A stretch of 64,000 nt of DNA from Polyangia bacterium (lineage in GTDB: Bacteria; Myxococcota_A; Polyangia; Haliangiales; JADYYK01). Shown piece after piece: positions 24,254 to 35,596 of this stretch. Each line of letters starts with the position of its first letter. Position 1 is the first letter of the stretch. The stretch lies in contig JBGASF010000011.1 in the NCBI GenBank assembly GCA_044229835.1, positions 10,765 to 74,764 on the forward strand, written 5' to 3'. A program made the position numbers and the translations under genes. Below the pieces are notes generated by a model, which saw only the letters and a program-made list of their open reading frames with translations, did not search any database and was not told where the DNA came from.

Positions 24254-24282
24254 GCGCCCGCCCCGCGGGGGCGCTAGTTTTT
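24254..24282 (+). terminator. Rho-independent terminator candidate after the lipoprotein pair
   Basis: GC-rich hairpin (GCGCCC 24254-24259 pairs with GGGCGC 24269-24274, plus inner CGCCCC/GGGGCG pairing) followed by TTTTT (24278-24282). T-runs are rare in this sequence. Confidence 0.55.
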
Positions 24283-24286
24283 GCGG

Positions 24287-25369
24287 ATGCTGGCACGCAC
24301 GGTCGGACAGCTCCTCCACATCGGCTTCGCAGGCAAGCAGGCACCCCAGGAGGTGCTGGAGCGGGTGCGCCGTGGCGAGGTCGGCGCGACCATCCTGTTC
24401 GGGCGCAACATCGAGTCGGTCGAGCAGGTCGCCGAGCTGAACGCCGAGCTGACGGCGGCGGCACCGGCCGACGCGCCGCTGGTGCTGGCGCTCGACCAGG
24501 AGGGCGGCCGGGTCCAGCGCATCAAGGCGCCCGCGGTGGTGTGGCCGCCGATGGCCGCGCTGGGGCGGCTTCCGGCCGGTGACGGCGAGCGCACCGCGCG
24601 CGAGGTCGGGCGCGTGCTGGGGCGCGAGCTGGCCGTGCTGGGCTTCAACATGGACTATGCGCCAGTGCTGGATGTGGCGACCAACCCGCACAACCCGGTC
24701 ATCGGCGACCGCGCGCTGGCGACCACGCCCGAGCGCGTGGCGGCGCTGGGCATCGAGCTGGCGCGTGGGCTGCTGGACGCCGGCGTGCTGCCGTGCGGCA
24801 AGCACTACCCGGGGCACGGTGACACCCACGTCGATTCGCACCACGCGCTGCCGGTGGTGGAGCACGCCCGCGAGCGCATCGAGGCCATCGAGCTGGCGCC
24901 GTTCGCGGCGGCGGCGCGGGCAGGCGTGCTGCCCATCATGATGACCGCGCACGTGGTGTTCGAGGCGCTCGACCCCGGGGTGCCGGCGACGCTGTCGGCG
25001 CCCACGCTGGCGCTGCTGCGCGGCATGGGCTTCGACGGCGTGATCGCGTCGGACGACCTGGAGATGAAGGCCATCGCGGGCACCATGGGCGCCGGCGAGG
25101 CCGCGCTGGCGGCGGTGCGCGCGGGCTGCGACACGCTGCTCATCTGCGAGGACGTGCCCATGCAGCACCTGGTGCACGAGACCCTGGTGCGCGCGGCCGA
25201 GCAGGATGGCGCGCTGCGCGCCCGGCTGGAGGACGCGGCGCGGCGGGTGGCGCGCATGAAGGCCGCGCTGCCGCGGCTGACGCGGGTGGCGCCCGCGGAG
25301 GTGCGGAAGTACCTCGGCCACGCCGACGGCGTCGCCCTGGCCGACCGGCTGCGCGCCGCGCTGGGCTAG
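24287..25369 (+). CDS. nagZ: Beta-N-acetylhexosaminidase (GH3, NagZ)
   Basis: LDQEGGRVQR, NMDYAPVLDV and GKHYPGHGDTHVDSHHALP are hallmark NagZ motifs. ATG 24287 is preferred over TTG 24281, which lies inside the terminator T-tract. Confidence 0.9.
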   Translation: MLARTVGQLLHIGFAGKQAPQEVLERVRRGEVGATILFGRNIESVEQVAELNAELTAAAPADAPLVLALDQEGGRVQRIKAPAVVWPPMAALGRLPAGDGERTAREVGRVLGRELAVLGFNMDYAPVLDVATNPHNPVIGDRALATTPERVAALGIELARGLLDAGVLPCGKHYPGHGDTHVDSHHALPVVEHARERIEAIELAPFAAAARAGVLPIMMTAHVVFEALDPGVPATLSAPTLALLRGMGFDGVIASDDLEMKAIAGTMGAGEAALAAVRAGCDTLLICEDVPMQHLVHETLVRAAEQDGALRARLEDAARRVARMKAALPRLTRVAPAEVRKYLGHADGVALADRLRAALG

Positions 25370-25537
25370 CTCAGGGCGTGGAGTCACCAGGAGGTCGCCG
25401 CCGAGGAGCTCGCCGACGACCGTGTCAGGGAGCGCCTCGAGAGGTCACGCAGCGTCGCTCGCTTCCGTGCGCGCTCGGCCGCCATCGAGTCCACTCTACT
25501 CCAAGGTGCGAGCGGGGCTACCGATGACCCGCGGACA

Positions 25538-26047
25538 TCAGCTGCCGTTGCCGACCAGGCAGGTCATCCAGGCCTCGCAGCTCTTGGCCAGCTCGGTGCG
25601 ACAGCGGATGCCGCGCTCGAGATCGTCGGGCTTGGTGCGCTCGCACTCCTTGTTGCAGTCGACGTTGCTGCCGGCGAGGCGCTCGATGCAGGCGCGCGCC
25701 TCGGTGCACAGCGAGACACAGTCGAACTTGACGGCGACCGGGGCCTTGGCGGCGTCGAGGCCGGCGTCGGCGGGCGCGGCGGCGACCGGGGCGGGCACCC
25801 CGCCGTCGGCCTTGGCAGCGGGCTTGGCCGAGGCCGACGGGGTCGGCGACGGCTTGCTGCTGGTGACCGGGGTGTCCTCGTCGCCGATGGCCCAGGGCGG
25901 ATCGTTGATGGGGCGGGTCGCGATGCTGGCCTGGCGCGCGGCGATGGTGGCGGGATCCTCCGCCTTGGTGCGGCTGCCGCAGGCGAAGCCCAGCACGGTG
26001 GCGGCCGACCCGAGGACGAGGATGCTGCTCCACGAACGCGCACGCAT
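25538..26047 (-). CDS. Hypothetical lipoprotein with an 8-Cys C-terminal domain (last gene of the MoxR/Bat-like operon)
   Basis: Lipobox LGFACG, a Pro/Ala/Ser linker, then C-terminal FDCVSLCTEARACIERL..VDCNKECERT..IRCRTELAKSCEAWMTC. Lies 9 nt downstream of the preceding gene. Confidence 0.6.
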   Translation of the reverse strand: MRARSWSSILVLGSAATVLGFACGSRTKAEDPATIAARQASIATRPINDPPWAIGDEDTPVTSSKPSPTPSASAKPAAKADGGVPAPVAAAPADAGLDAAKAPVAVKFDCVSLCTEARACIERLAGSNVDCNKECERTKPDDLERGIRCRTELAKSCEAWMTCLVGNGS

Positions 26048-26056
26048 GAGCTGACT

Positions 26057-28210
26057 CTACCCCCGCCTCGAGAGGAACGCTTCCAGACATAGCAGGCCGA
26101 GCAGGCCGGCCGCCATCCAGTGCCACCAGGGCTGGCGCCGCTTGGGCACCTCACCGGCCGCGGCGCCGACCCCGGCCACGCGCGGCAGCGCGGCGTCACC
26201 GGCGGCCAGCTTGGCGAGGTCGCTCTCGGCGGGGTCGACGTTGACCGCGAAGCTGAGGGTCGGGCGCGCGCGCAGGGCGCCGCTCTGTCCGGCCACGGCG
26301 ACGCGGTAGATCCCGGGCTCGACCGCGCCCGCGAAGGCGTAGCGGCGACCGGTCAGGCGGCTGGCGTCGACCGCGATCTTCTTGCCCGAGGGGCGCGCGA
26401 TCTCGAGGCGCTGATCGCCCTCGACCAGCTCCAGCTCGCGCACGCGGCCGACCACGCCGGGCGGCTCGGGCTCGCGCAGCGGGGCGCGCGCCAGGTAGCG
26501 GGCGCTCTGCTGCACCAGGGGCAGGAAGCCCGGGTGAATCGGCAGGTCGTTCCAGTCGCGGTCGAGCGTGGACGTGTACAGCAGGATGCGGCCGGCACCC
26601 AGCTTGCCCTCGACCAGCAGCGGCGCGCCCGAGGTCAGCTGTGCCAGCACGCGGCGCTCGTCGTCGTCGGGCTGCGGGGCCAGCAGGAAGAAGCGGTGGA
26701 AGCGCGCGGCGCGCAGCTCGGGGGCGCGCGGCGGGAAGACCGAGAACACCGGGTGGCGGGCGTCGAAGTGCAGGATGCGCTCGGCGCGCGAGTCGTCGTC
26801 GGGGCTGGCGCCGCCGCCGCTGCCGCTGCCACTGCCGCTGCCGCCGACCGGGCCGGTCGAGCGTGCGCTGCGCAGCTCCTGCGGCAGCAGGCCGGCCATC
26901 GTCGCGGCATAGGCGGCCTCGTCGACCTTGTCGCCCATGGCGATGAACAGGCCACCGCCGCGCTGCACGAAGGCGCCGAGCTCCGCGGCCTGCGTCGCGG
27001 GCAGCGCGGGCACGTTGGCCAGGAAGACGACGTCGTGGTCGGCCAGGCGGCGGCGGCCGAGGTCGGGCGCCGCGGTGGTGGCCACCGCCAGCGCGCTGTC
27101 GGCGCGATCGCCGGGGCGCAGCGCGGTCTCCAGGTAGAACAGCTCGTCCTCGTGCTGCGCCGGGCGCGGGTCGCCGTCGACCAGCAGCACCTTGAGGTCC
27201 TTGCGCACCTCGACGCGCAGGTAGCGCTTGTTGTCGATGGCCAGGGCGTCGGGGCCGATCTCGAGCATGGCGTCGAACACGCCGCCGCTCGGGAAAGTAT
27301 AGGCAAACTTCTTGACACCACGTCCATGTGCGTCGACCTCGGCGAGGCCGCGCGCGACGGCGTTACCCTCCACCCACAGGGTCACCGGCAGGCTGGCCAC
27401 GCGGGCGTCGCCGAAGTTGGCGATGTCGGCGGTGATCTCGACGCCGCGCGCGCCCAGGCGCGGCTCGGGGCGCACCCGGGCGCCGACCAGCGCGACGTTG
27501 GGCAGCTGGGCGCCGCCGGAGACGTCGATGACGTGCAGCTCGGGCGCGCTGGGGCCGTCGGGCCAGGGCCGCTCGCCGACGCGCAGCGAGGCTGCGGTGC
27601 CGTCCGACAGCAGGTACACGCGGCGCGCCTCGTTGGGGGCGCGGTCGAGGATGGCGGCGGCGCGGCGCAGCGCCGAGGTCAGATCGCCGCGCCGGGTGGT
27701 CAGCGCGGCGGCGTCGATGGCGTCGGTCACGCGCAGCTGGTCGCGTGTCAGCTGGTCGATGGGCGCGGCCGGCTCGCCGGGCACCGCCTCGGCGCCCAGC
27801 ACCAGCGCGACCTCGGCCTCGTGGCCGAGCTGCTGCACCAGCTCGCGCGCGCGCCGGCGGGCCTTGGTCAGCAGGGTCTCGCCGCCGCGGCGATAGCCCA
27901 TGGAGAAGCCGTTATCGAGCACGATGACGGCCGCCTGCGGGCCGGCCTCGACGCTGACGCCGTCGGCGCTGACGCGACGGAACGGCCGCGCCAGCGTCAG
28001 CGCCACCGCGGCCACCGCCAGCGCGCGCGCCAGCAGCAGCAGCCACTGGCGCAGCTTGGCCTTGCGCGCGACCTCCTTCTTGACCCCGAGCAGGAAGTCG
28101 AAGGCCGCGAACGGGCGCCGCTCCGCCTTGCGCCGGCCGATGAGGTGGATCACCACCGGCACCGCGATGGCGCCCAGGCCGAGCAGGAACAGCGGCGCCA
28201 GGAAGTTCAT
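26057..28210 (-). CDS. BatA-type N-terminal double-transmembrane domain protein (large periplasmic/vWA-like body)
   Basis: MNFLAPLFLLGLGAIAVPVVIHLIGRRKAERRPFAAFDFLL is the aerotolerance-regulator N-terminal (BatA/TIGR02226-type) signature. C-terminal TM helix WWHWMAAGLLGLLCLEAFL. 4-nt overlap with the DUF58 gene. Confidence 0.8.
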   Translation of the reverse strand: MNFLAPLFLLGLGAIAVPVVIHLIGRRKAERRPFAAFDFLLGVKKEVARKAKLRQWLLLLARALAVAAVALTLARPFRRVSADGVSVEAGPQAAVIVLDNGFSMGYRRGGETLLTKARRRARELVQQLGHEAEVALVLGAEAVPGEPAAPIDQLTRDQLRVTDAIDAAALTTRRGDLTSALRRAAAILDRAPNEARRVYLLSDGTAASLRVGERPWPDGPSAPELHVIDVSGGAQLPNVALVGARVRPEPRLGARGVEITADIANFGDARVASLPVTLWVEGNAVARGLAEVDAHGRGVKKFAYTFPSGGVFDAMLEIGPDALAIDNKRYLRVEVRKDLKVLLVDGDPRPAQHEDELFYLETALRPGDRADSALAVATTAAPDLGRRRLADHDVVFLANVPALPATQAAELGAFVQRGGGLFIAMGDKVDEAAYAATMAGLLPQELRSARSTGPVGGSGSGSGSGGGASPDDDSRAERILHFDARHPVFSVFPPRAPELRAARFHRFFLLAPQPDDDERRVLAQLTSGAPLLVEGKLGAGRILLYTSTLDRDWNDLPIHPGFLPLVQQSARYLARAPLREPEPPGVVGRVRELELVEGDQRLEIARPSGKKIAVDASRLTGRRYAFAGAVEPGIYRVAVAGQSGALRARPTLSFAVNVDPAESDLAKLAAGDAALPRVAGVGAAAGEVPKRRQPWWHWMAAGLLGLLCLEAFLSRRG

Positions 28211-29133
28211 CGCGTGGTGCCCGAGCGACGGCCGTGCGCGCGCGCGTCGAGCAGCTCGACCAGCGGGCGATCGATGCTGACCGAGGTCGGCGCCAGGCGG
28301 TAGTCGACGCGGTGATCCTGCAACGCGCGGCGGGTGCGCTCGAGGAAGGCCTTCAGCTCGGCGAGGTAAGCGGCGCGCATCGTCCGCGGCTCGACCAGCA
28401 GCTTGCGCTCGTCCTCCAGGCTCTCGAACTGGGTCAGCCGCTCGAAGGGGAACTCCAGCTCGTCGTCGTCGAGCACGTGCAGCACCACGACGTCATGGCC
28501 GCCCGCGCTCAGGCGCCCCAGGCGCTGCAGCGTGGCCTCGCCCGCCGGATCCAGCAGGTCCGACAGCAGCACCACCAGGCTGCGCCGCCGCGCCACCTTG
28601 AGCACGTGGTCGAGCGCGAAGTCGAGGCTGGTCACGCCCGCGGGCGTCAGCCCCTCGAGGACGCCCAGCAGCGCCGGCAGGTGCGTGGTGCGTGCCCGCG
28701 GCGGCACGTACGCCGTCAGCGCCCCCGCCCCCGAGGCCACCAGGCCGACGCGATCACGCTGCTGGATCAGCAGGTACGCCAGCGACGCCGCCAGCCGCGA
28801 CGCGTACATGAGCTTGCTCTCGCGCGCGCCGCCCGCGTAGCCCATCGAGCCCGAGGTGTCGACCACGAGATACGCCGCCAGCTCGGTCTCGGTCTCGAAG
28901 CGCTTGACGTAGTACTTGTCGAAGCGCGCCAGCGCGCGCCAGTCGACGTGGCGCAGGTCGTCGCCCGGCGAGTACTCCTTGTGCTCGGCGAACTCGACCG
29001 ACGAGCCGTGGTGCGGCGAGCGGTGCAGGCCGGCCAGCGCGCCGTGCACGACGTGGCGTGCGCGCAGCTTGCGCGTCGCGATCTGCGCCAGCACCACTGG
29101 ATCCAGCAGCGCCCGCCGCCCGCTGTCAGTCAC
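28207..29133 (-). CDS. DUF58 domain protein (vWA-like MoxR partner)
   Basis: HRSPHHGSSVEFAEHKEYSPGDDLRHVDWRALARFDKYYVKRFETETE...VVDTSGSM is the canonical DUF58 core. Confidence 0.9.
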   Translation of the reverse strand: MTDSGRRALLDPVVLAQIATRKLRARHVVHGALAGLHRSPHHGSSVEFAEHKEYSPGDDLRHVDWRALARFDKYYVKRFETETELAAYLVVDTSGSMGYAGGARESKLMYASRLAASLAYLLIQQRDRVGLVASGAGALTAYVPPRARTTHLPALLGVLEGLTPAGVTSLDFALDHVLKVARRRSLVVLLSDLLDPAGEATLQRLGRLSAGGHDVVVLHVLDDDELEFPFERLTQFESLEDERKLLVEPRTMRAAYLAELKAFLERTRRALQDHRVDYRLAPTSVSIDRPLVELLDARAHGRRSGTTR

Positions 29134-29139
29134 GGCAGC

Positions 29140-30264
<1,125 letters not shown>

Positions 30265-30277
30265 GTTCCGGGGAACC

Positions 30278-31891
30278 TCAGGGCTCCTGGCCGGCGGCCA
30301 GGCCCTTGCAAGCGCGTGCCTCGCGGGCAGCGCGCGGATCGTCAGTCGCGGCAAAGACCTCCGCGAGGCCACAGTGGACCGCGGGGTCGAAGGGTGAGAT
30401 GCGCAGCGCGGCCTCCAGGTGCTCGCGCGCGGCGGCGTGCTGCCCGTCGGCCAGCAGCGCGGCGCCCACGGTGGCGTGCGGGCCGGCCAGGTCGTCGGTC
30501 AGGTCGAGCGCGGGGCCGGCGGCGGCCACGGCGTCCTTGGCGCGGCCCAGCTCCAGGTAGGTGCGCGCCAGCTTGGCCGACACGAAGGGATCGTCCTTGC
30601 CGGCCGGGACCTCGCGGGCGCGCTCGTACTCGACCGCGGCCGCGGCCAGCCGACCGCGCGCGCGCAGCAGGCCCCCGAGGCGCGCGTGGCGCCGCACCTT
30701 GTCCTCCGAGATGCGCTTGAGGTCGGCCTCGTCGCCGCCGCCAGACCTCTTCTTGCGCGCGTCGGTGAACTCCAGCTCGGTGGGCACCAGGCGCGGCTCC
30801 AGCACCAGGTCGCGGCCGCGCAGCCAGCGCCGCCAGGCGGCCTCCCAGGCCTCGAAGCTCTTGCCGGTGGCCTCGGCGATGGCGCGGTGGTCACTCTTGC
30901 CGTCACGCATGTGGGCCAGGATGGCGCGGATGCCGGCGTAGCCCTGGGTCTCGTGCAGGAACTGGATGGCGGTGTAGACCTCGGCGAAGGCGGTCGCGGC
31001 GGCCTCCTGGCTGGGCAGCTTGGCCATCGACGGGTGCATCTGCTCGAAGGTGATGAGGCGGTTCTTCTTCAGCGCCAGCGCCAGCAGGTGCTGCATCGTG
31101 CGCGACATCTTCAGGGCGGCGGGGTCCGACCGCCAGCGCTGCTCCTGGAACTTGGCCAGCCCCTCGTGCAGCCAGATCGGCACGGTGTCGCGCGACGCGC
31201 GGGTGACGACGTAGTGGGTGTACTCGTGCGCCAGCGTGTCGAGCCACGGGTAGCCGCGCACCAGCGCGCGCGGCGTCACGATCATCACGCGGTTGTACTT
31301 GCACAGCGCGATGGTCCCCGAGGTCTCGATCTCCTTCATGGTCAGCGACGACACCTTGGCCAGGTGGGCGACCTCGGGATAGATCTCGACCAGCACCGGC
31401 TTCGCGGGCCGCTCGCCGAGATCCTCGCCGATGCGCTCCCAGGCGGCGTCCAGCGCCTCGAAGGCGTAGGGCACCAGCCAGCCATCCTTGCCGGGCTGGA
31501 AGCGCACGATGAAGCGGCCGCTGGGGCTCTTCTGCTCGGTGAAGCCGGACACCGCGGCGGCCGTGCTCTGCGCCAGCGGCTGCAGCTCGCGCGCGTCCGG
31601 CGCGGCGCGCCCGCCGCCACGCGCGGCGGCCAGCTCGGCCAGGCTGCCGGTGTAGTTGCCGTCGAGGAAGGCCAGGTGCGCGGCCAGCACGTGCGCCTCG
31701 GGCGTCTGCGCGTCGGCCTTGTCGAGGCCGGCCAGCTCGGCGCGCGCCTCCTCCAGGCGCCACTCGCCGAGCAGCCGCATCACCTTGGTGTAGTTGCCCA
31801 GCGAGGTGCGCGCGGCCGCGCTGCCCGCCAGCGCACCCAGCGCCAGCAGCGACGCCGCCGCCATCGCGAGCCCCCTGCGAGCAGCGGTCAC
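30278..31891 (-). CDS. Secreted TPR protein with a peptidase-MA-like HExxH core
   Basis: Signal peptide MAAASLLALGALAGSAAA. LAHEYTHYVV...WLHEGLAKFQE is a gluzincin-type HExxH plus downstream Glu. TPR-like helices at both ends. GTG start overlaps the upstream stop. Confidence 0.72.
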   Translation of the reverse strand: MTAARRGLAMAAASLLALGALAGSAAARTSLGNYTKVMRLLGEWRLEEARAELAGLDKADAQTPEAHVLAAHLAFLDGNYTGSLAELAAARGGGRAAPDARELQPLAQSTAAAVSGFTEQKSPSGRFIVRFQPGKDGWLVPYAFEALDAAWERIGEDLGERPAKPVLVEIYPEVAHLAKVSSLTMKEIETSGTIALCKYNRVMIVTPRALVRGYPWLDTLAHEYTHYVVTRASRDTVPIWLHEGLAKFQEQRWRSDPAALKMSRTMQHLLALALKKNRLITFEQMHPSMAKLPSQEAAATAFAEVYTAIQFLHETQGYAGIRAILAHMRDGKSDHRAIAEATGKSFEAWEAAWRRWLRGRDLVLEPRLVPTELEFTDARKKRSGGGDEADLKRISEDKVRRHARLGGLLRARGRLAAAAVEYERAREVPAGKDDPFVSAKLARTYLELGRAKDAVAAAGPALDLTDDLAGPHATVGAALLADGQHAAAREHLEAALRISPFDPAVHCGLAEVFAATDDPRAAREARACKGLAAGQEP

Positions 31892-34800
31892 TTCACCAGC
31901 TCCTCGTAGTAGCGCTTGACCTGCTCGCGATAGGCGTCGGGCGCGGCCTGCTTCATGGCCTCCAGCAGATCCTTGCGGAAGGCCTCGGGCGGCTTGAAGT
32001 CGTCGGCGCCGGGGATGCGCACCGGCTCGTGATCCTGGCCGTCGCCGCCCTGGATGGCGCTGGGGCGCGACGCGCGCTGGGCGCTGTTGCGCAGCTCGCC
32101 GAGGCGGCGCGCGGCGTCCTCGGCCTCGCGGCGCGCCTCGCCGGGGGCGCCGCCCTTCATGCGCCCCTCGGCGCGCTCCATCGAGGGCATGGCCTGGCCG
32201 ATGCCCTGCTCCAGGCGCTGGCCGAGGCCGCCGGGCAGCTCCTTGCCGCGCTTCTGCGCCTCGCGGGCCAGCTGCTTGGCACGCTCGCCCAGCGCCTTCT
32301 CGCGCCGCGCCAGCTCGTCGAGGGCGCGGCGCTGCGCCGGCCCCAGCAGCTGATCGCGCGACGGCATGGCGTCCATCAGCCCCTCGACCAGCTGCTCGGC
32401 CAGCGGCTCGGCGCGCTCGGCGTTGCGCAGCGCCTGCGGCGTGCCCGGCGCCCAGCCGCCGCCCTGCTCGAGATCGTCGCGCAGATCGGCGGTGATGTCG
32501 CCCAGCGCGGCCTGGGCCTCGCGCGCCATCCGGGTGGCCTCCGCCAGATCCTGCTTCTTCAGCATGGCGCGGGTGTCGGCGATGCGCTTCTGCACGGTGT
32601 CGAGCTGCTCCTGCGAGAACGGCGTCAGGGCGTCGCGGTCGACCTTGCCGAGCTGCTTGTCCAGCTTGTCCAGGCGCTCGGTGGCCTCGCGCGTGGCGGG
32701 CACCAGCTTGTCCTTGGCGACGTCGCGGGCGTTGGCGGCGGCGGCCTCGGCCAGCTTCTGGGCATCCTGCGCGATCTGACGCTGGTCGGCCTCCAGGTCG
32801 GCCAGCTTCTCGAGCACGTCGCCCAGCGCCTGCTCCTCCTCGCTGAACTTGTCGGCGCGCAGGCTGCTGAGGCCCTTCTCCATGCCCGACATCATCTTGT
32901 CGAGGTTCTCGCTGAGCTCGAGCATGCGCTTGGCGGCGTCCTTGATGTCACCCTGGGCCACGGCGTCGCGCAGCTCGGCGACCTTGTCCTGCGCCGCGTC
33001 GCTCTGGAAGGCGTCGGCGTTGAGGTACTCGTCGGCCAGCTCGGCCGGCATCTGCCCGCGCTGCGCCGCCAGCTGCCGCAGCATGGCCTCGAGCTCGCCG
33101 AGCTCGCGCTCCAGCTCGGCGCGCACGCTGTCGGAGCCGGTGCGCTCCAGCTCGGCGAGCAGCTTCTGCACGCGGTCGCGCGCGCTGGCGATCTCGTCGC
33201 CCAGCGCGAGCAGGTTCTCCATGCGCTGCCGCGCCAGCAGATCGTCCAGCACCAGGACGTCCTTCTCGAACTCGGTGCCCGCGCGCGCCGACAGCGCGAC
33301 CAGCGCGGGTGGCGCCGACGCCAGCTTGCCGCCGCGGCCACGCTTGGCGCTGGCGTTGGCGCGCGCCAGCTCGGCGCCCTCGTCGTCGGCCAGCTTGCCC
33401 AGGCGCGAGCGCATGTCGCCGAGCTCCTTGCGCAGCTGCTTGGGCGCCAGGCGATCCTGGGCCAGATCGGCGTGCACACGCGCGATCTGCGCGCTGACCG
33501 CCTCGCACTCGTGCTGCGCGGCCTGGGTCTCGCCCATCTGGGTGTCGAGCTCCGCCGCCGCGACCCGGCCGGGCGCGCCGACGCCGCGCTCGAGCCGGTT
33601 GGCGAGCGCCTCGGTCAGGGCGTCGTGCAGCGCCTGCTGTGCCGCGATGAGCTCCTCGTGGCGCTCGCGCGGCGACGACACCTTCAGGTAGAAGGTGCGC
33701 GAGCTGCCCACGTTGGGGCCGCCGATGACGTCGTTGTCCTTGGCCTCCATGCGATACGCGATGCGCACGCCGGGGCGGACATCGAGATCGGCCAGGCTCC
33801 ACTCGAAGCGCGCCTGGGCGCTGCGCGGCGGCCGCCCGGCCAGCCCGGCGTCGGGCTTGGGCGCGGGCAGCGGCAGCACCTTGCGCTGCTCGCGACCCTG
33901 GCCGCTGCGCACCACCAGCGCGATCTCGCCGAGGCCATAGTCGTCGTCGATCACATAGCCGAGCTCGATGACCCGGCGCGACTCCAGCTCCAGCTCGTCG
34001 GCGGGGGCGTACAGCTCGACGCGCGGCGCGCGGTCGACCTCGACGTCGACGCGGTGCGGGTGCGCCTCGACCAGCGACTCGCGCATGCGCGAGCTGAGCA
34101 CGAAGCGATAGCCGGTGCTGGTCTTGCCCACCGTGAAGCGCGCCTCGATGTGCGCGCCCGCGCCGGCGCTGGTCGCGCCGTCGGCCTGGGTCACCGTCGC
34201 CACGGTGGCGCTGGGGTTGCCGTCGAACACCAGCTTGGCCCCGTCGATGGGGCGCAGCGCGCGCGCCCGCACGGTGACCTCGGTGCCCGGCGGCGCCGTC
34301 AGATCGCCTGAAGAAGTGGGCAATTCGCGCGTCTCGCGCCCGGTGTGCGCGGGGTACACCAGGGTCAGCGCGATGTCGCCGAGGATGGGCTCCTCGACGG
34401 CGCGGGCGTTGAACGGGCGCGGCGCCGGCCCGCTGGTCAGCAGCGAGAAGCCCTGCGCGAAGCGCGCCGGCCACAGCAGCAGCGCGCCCGCATACAGCCC
34501 GGCGACCGCGAGCAGCGCCAGCGTGCGCCAGCGCGCCGGCGCGCGCGGCACCAGGCCATCGGGCGACACCTCGGCGATGCGCTTCGCGGTGTGCTCGAGG
34601 TGCGACAGCGCCAGCGTGCGTGACCAGTCGGGCGTGACCGTCTTCTCCAGCGATTCGCCCAGCTCGACCGCGGACAGCAGATCGCTCGCCAGCTCGGGTC
34701 GGCGCGCGCCGACATAGCGCGCGATGACGACGTCGGGGCGCAGCCGCCGACTCGGCAGCACCACCCACCACACCAGCGCGAGCGGCAGCCCCAGCCCGAC

Positions 34801-35004
34801 CACCACGGCCACACCGACCCGCAGCACCAGATCGCCACGGCCACCAGCGGCCAGCAGGATGGCCACCAGTGTCGCGAATGCAGTCAGTGCGAGGGCGAGG
34901 CTCACGCCACCCACCCAGGCACCACGCCTCAAGCGCGACCTGACGCCCCCCAGAAAACGCCTCAGGTCGGCGCTGACCGCTTTCAGATCGCGCATTTGGA
35001 CCAT
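31888..35004 (-). CDS. Large membrane-anchored coiled-coil protein (DUF4175-like, tentative), first gene of the MoxR/Bat-like operon
   Basis: From ATG 35004 (MVQMRDLK...): three N-terminal TM helices, a beta-rich middle, ~500 aa of E/A/R/L/K/Q-rich coiled coil, and the C-terminal ...PPEAFRKDLLEAMKQAAPDAYREQVKRYYEELVK. The family name is from memory and needs an HMM check. Confidence 0.65.
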   Translation of the reverse strand: MVQMRDLKAVSADLRRFLGGVRSRLRRGAWVGGVSLALALTAFATLVAILLAAGGRGDLVLRVGVAVVVGLGLPLALVWWVVLPSRRLRPDVVIARYVGARRPELASDLLSAVELGESLEKTVTPDWSRTLALSHLEHTAKRIAEVSPDGLVPRAPARWRTLALLAVAGLYAGALLLWPARFAQGFSLLTSGPAPRPFNARAVEEPILGDIALTLVYPAHTGRETRELPTSSGDLTAPPGTEVTVRARALRPIDGAKLVFDGNPSATVATVTQADGATSAGAGAHIEARFTVGKTSTGYRFVLSSRMRESLVEAHPHRVDVEVDRAPRVELYAPADELELESRRVIELGYVIDDDYGLGEIALVVRSGQGREQRKVLPLPAPKPDAGLAGRPPRSAQARFEWSLADLDVRPGVRIAYRMEAKDNDVIGGPNVGSSRTFYLKVSSPRERHEELIAAQQALHDALTEALANRLERGVGAPGRVAAAELDTQMGETQAAQHECEAVSAQIARVHADLAQDRLAPKQLRKELGDMRSRLGKLADDEGAELARANASAKRGRGGKLASAPPALVALSARAGTEFEKDVLVLDDLLARQRMENLLALGDEIASARDRVQKLLAELERTGSDSVRAELERELGELEAMLRQLAAQRGQMPAELADEYLNADAFQSDAAQDKVAELRDAVAQGDIKDAAKRMLELSENLDKMMSGMEKGLSSLRADKFSEEEQALGDVLEKLADLEADQRQIAQDAQKLAEAAAANARDVAKDKLVPATREATERLDKLDKQLGKVDRDALTPFSQEQLDTVQKRIADTRAMLKKQDLAEATRMAREAQAALGDITADLRDDLEQGGGWAPGTPQALRNAERAEPLAEQLVEGLMDAMPSRDQLLGPAQRRALDELARREKALGERAKQLAREAQKRGKELPGGLGQRLEQGIGQAMPSMERAEGRMKGGAPGEARREAEDAARRLGELRNSAQRASRPSAIQGGDGQDHEPVRIPGADDFKPPEAFRKDLLEAMKQAAPDAYREQVKRYYEELVK

Positions 35005-35135
35005 CTCGGAGGATAGCCGCAGCGGGGCCGAGGTCAAGCGCTTCCCCTGACCTCGTGGGGTAGGTGGCTCAGGCCTTTGACTTGCATTCAAGTGCAGGGT
35101 TGCGGCCCGTCCGGCCGCGGGGGAGGCAGTCCGAG

Positions 35136-35561
35136 ATGGCCAGCGTCGCGAATGGCTTCGACATCGAGTCCGCACGGCTGAACGGATTGCCGGGGGAAAC
35201 TGTTCCCAGCAGCGGGACTCCAGACTCGGAGCGGCGCCGGGCCGCACGCATGGCCTGCTATGTGGGCGCCACGGTACGCACCGTGGATGTCGATCCCCGC
35301 CGTGGCGACGCCATCCTGTCGTATGCCGTCGACCTGTCCGAGACCGGCGCGCTGATCCGCACCCTGCGAACGCTGCCCGCCGGGACCCGCGTCGAGCTGG
35401 CGCTGACACCCCGCCTGGGCGCGCGCGACGCCCGCGTCATCATGGCGCGGGGCGAGATCGTGCGCAGCACCACGCCGCGTGGGCGCGGCGAGACCCACGA
35501 CCTCGGCGTGCGCTTCGACAATCCGCTGGCGCTGGCCACGCTGCTGGCGTCCTCGCAATAG
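35136..35561 (+). CDS. PilZ-domain protein (c-di-GMP receptor candidate)
   Basis: ATG 35136 is preceded by GGGAGG. RRRAARM (RxxxR) and DLSETGALIR (DxSxxG) lie at PilZ-like spacing. Confidence 0.65.
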   Translation: MASVANGFDIESARLNGLPGETVPSSGTPDSERRRAARMACYVGATVRTVDVDPRRGDAILSYAVDLSETGALIRTLRTLPAGTRVELALTPRLGARDARVIMARGEIVRSTTPRGRGETHDLGVRFDNPLALATLLASSQ

Positions 35562-35596
35562 TGCGATAGCGCGGAGGACGGTGTACGCTGGACCCG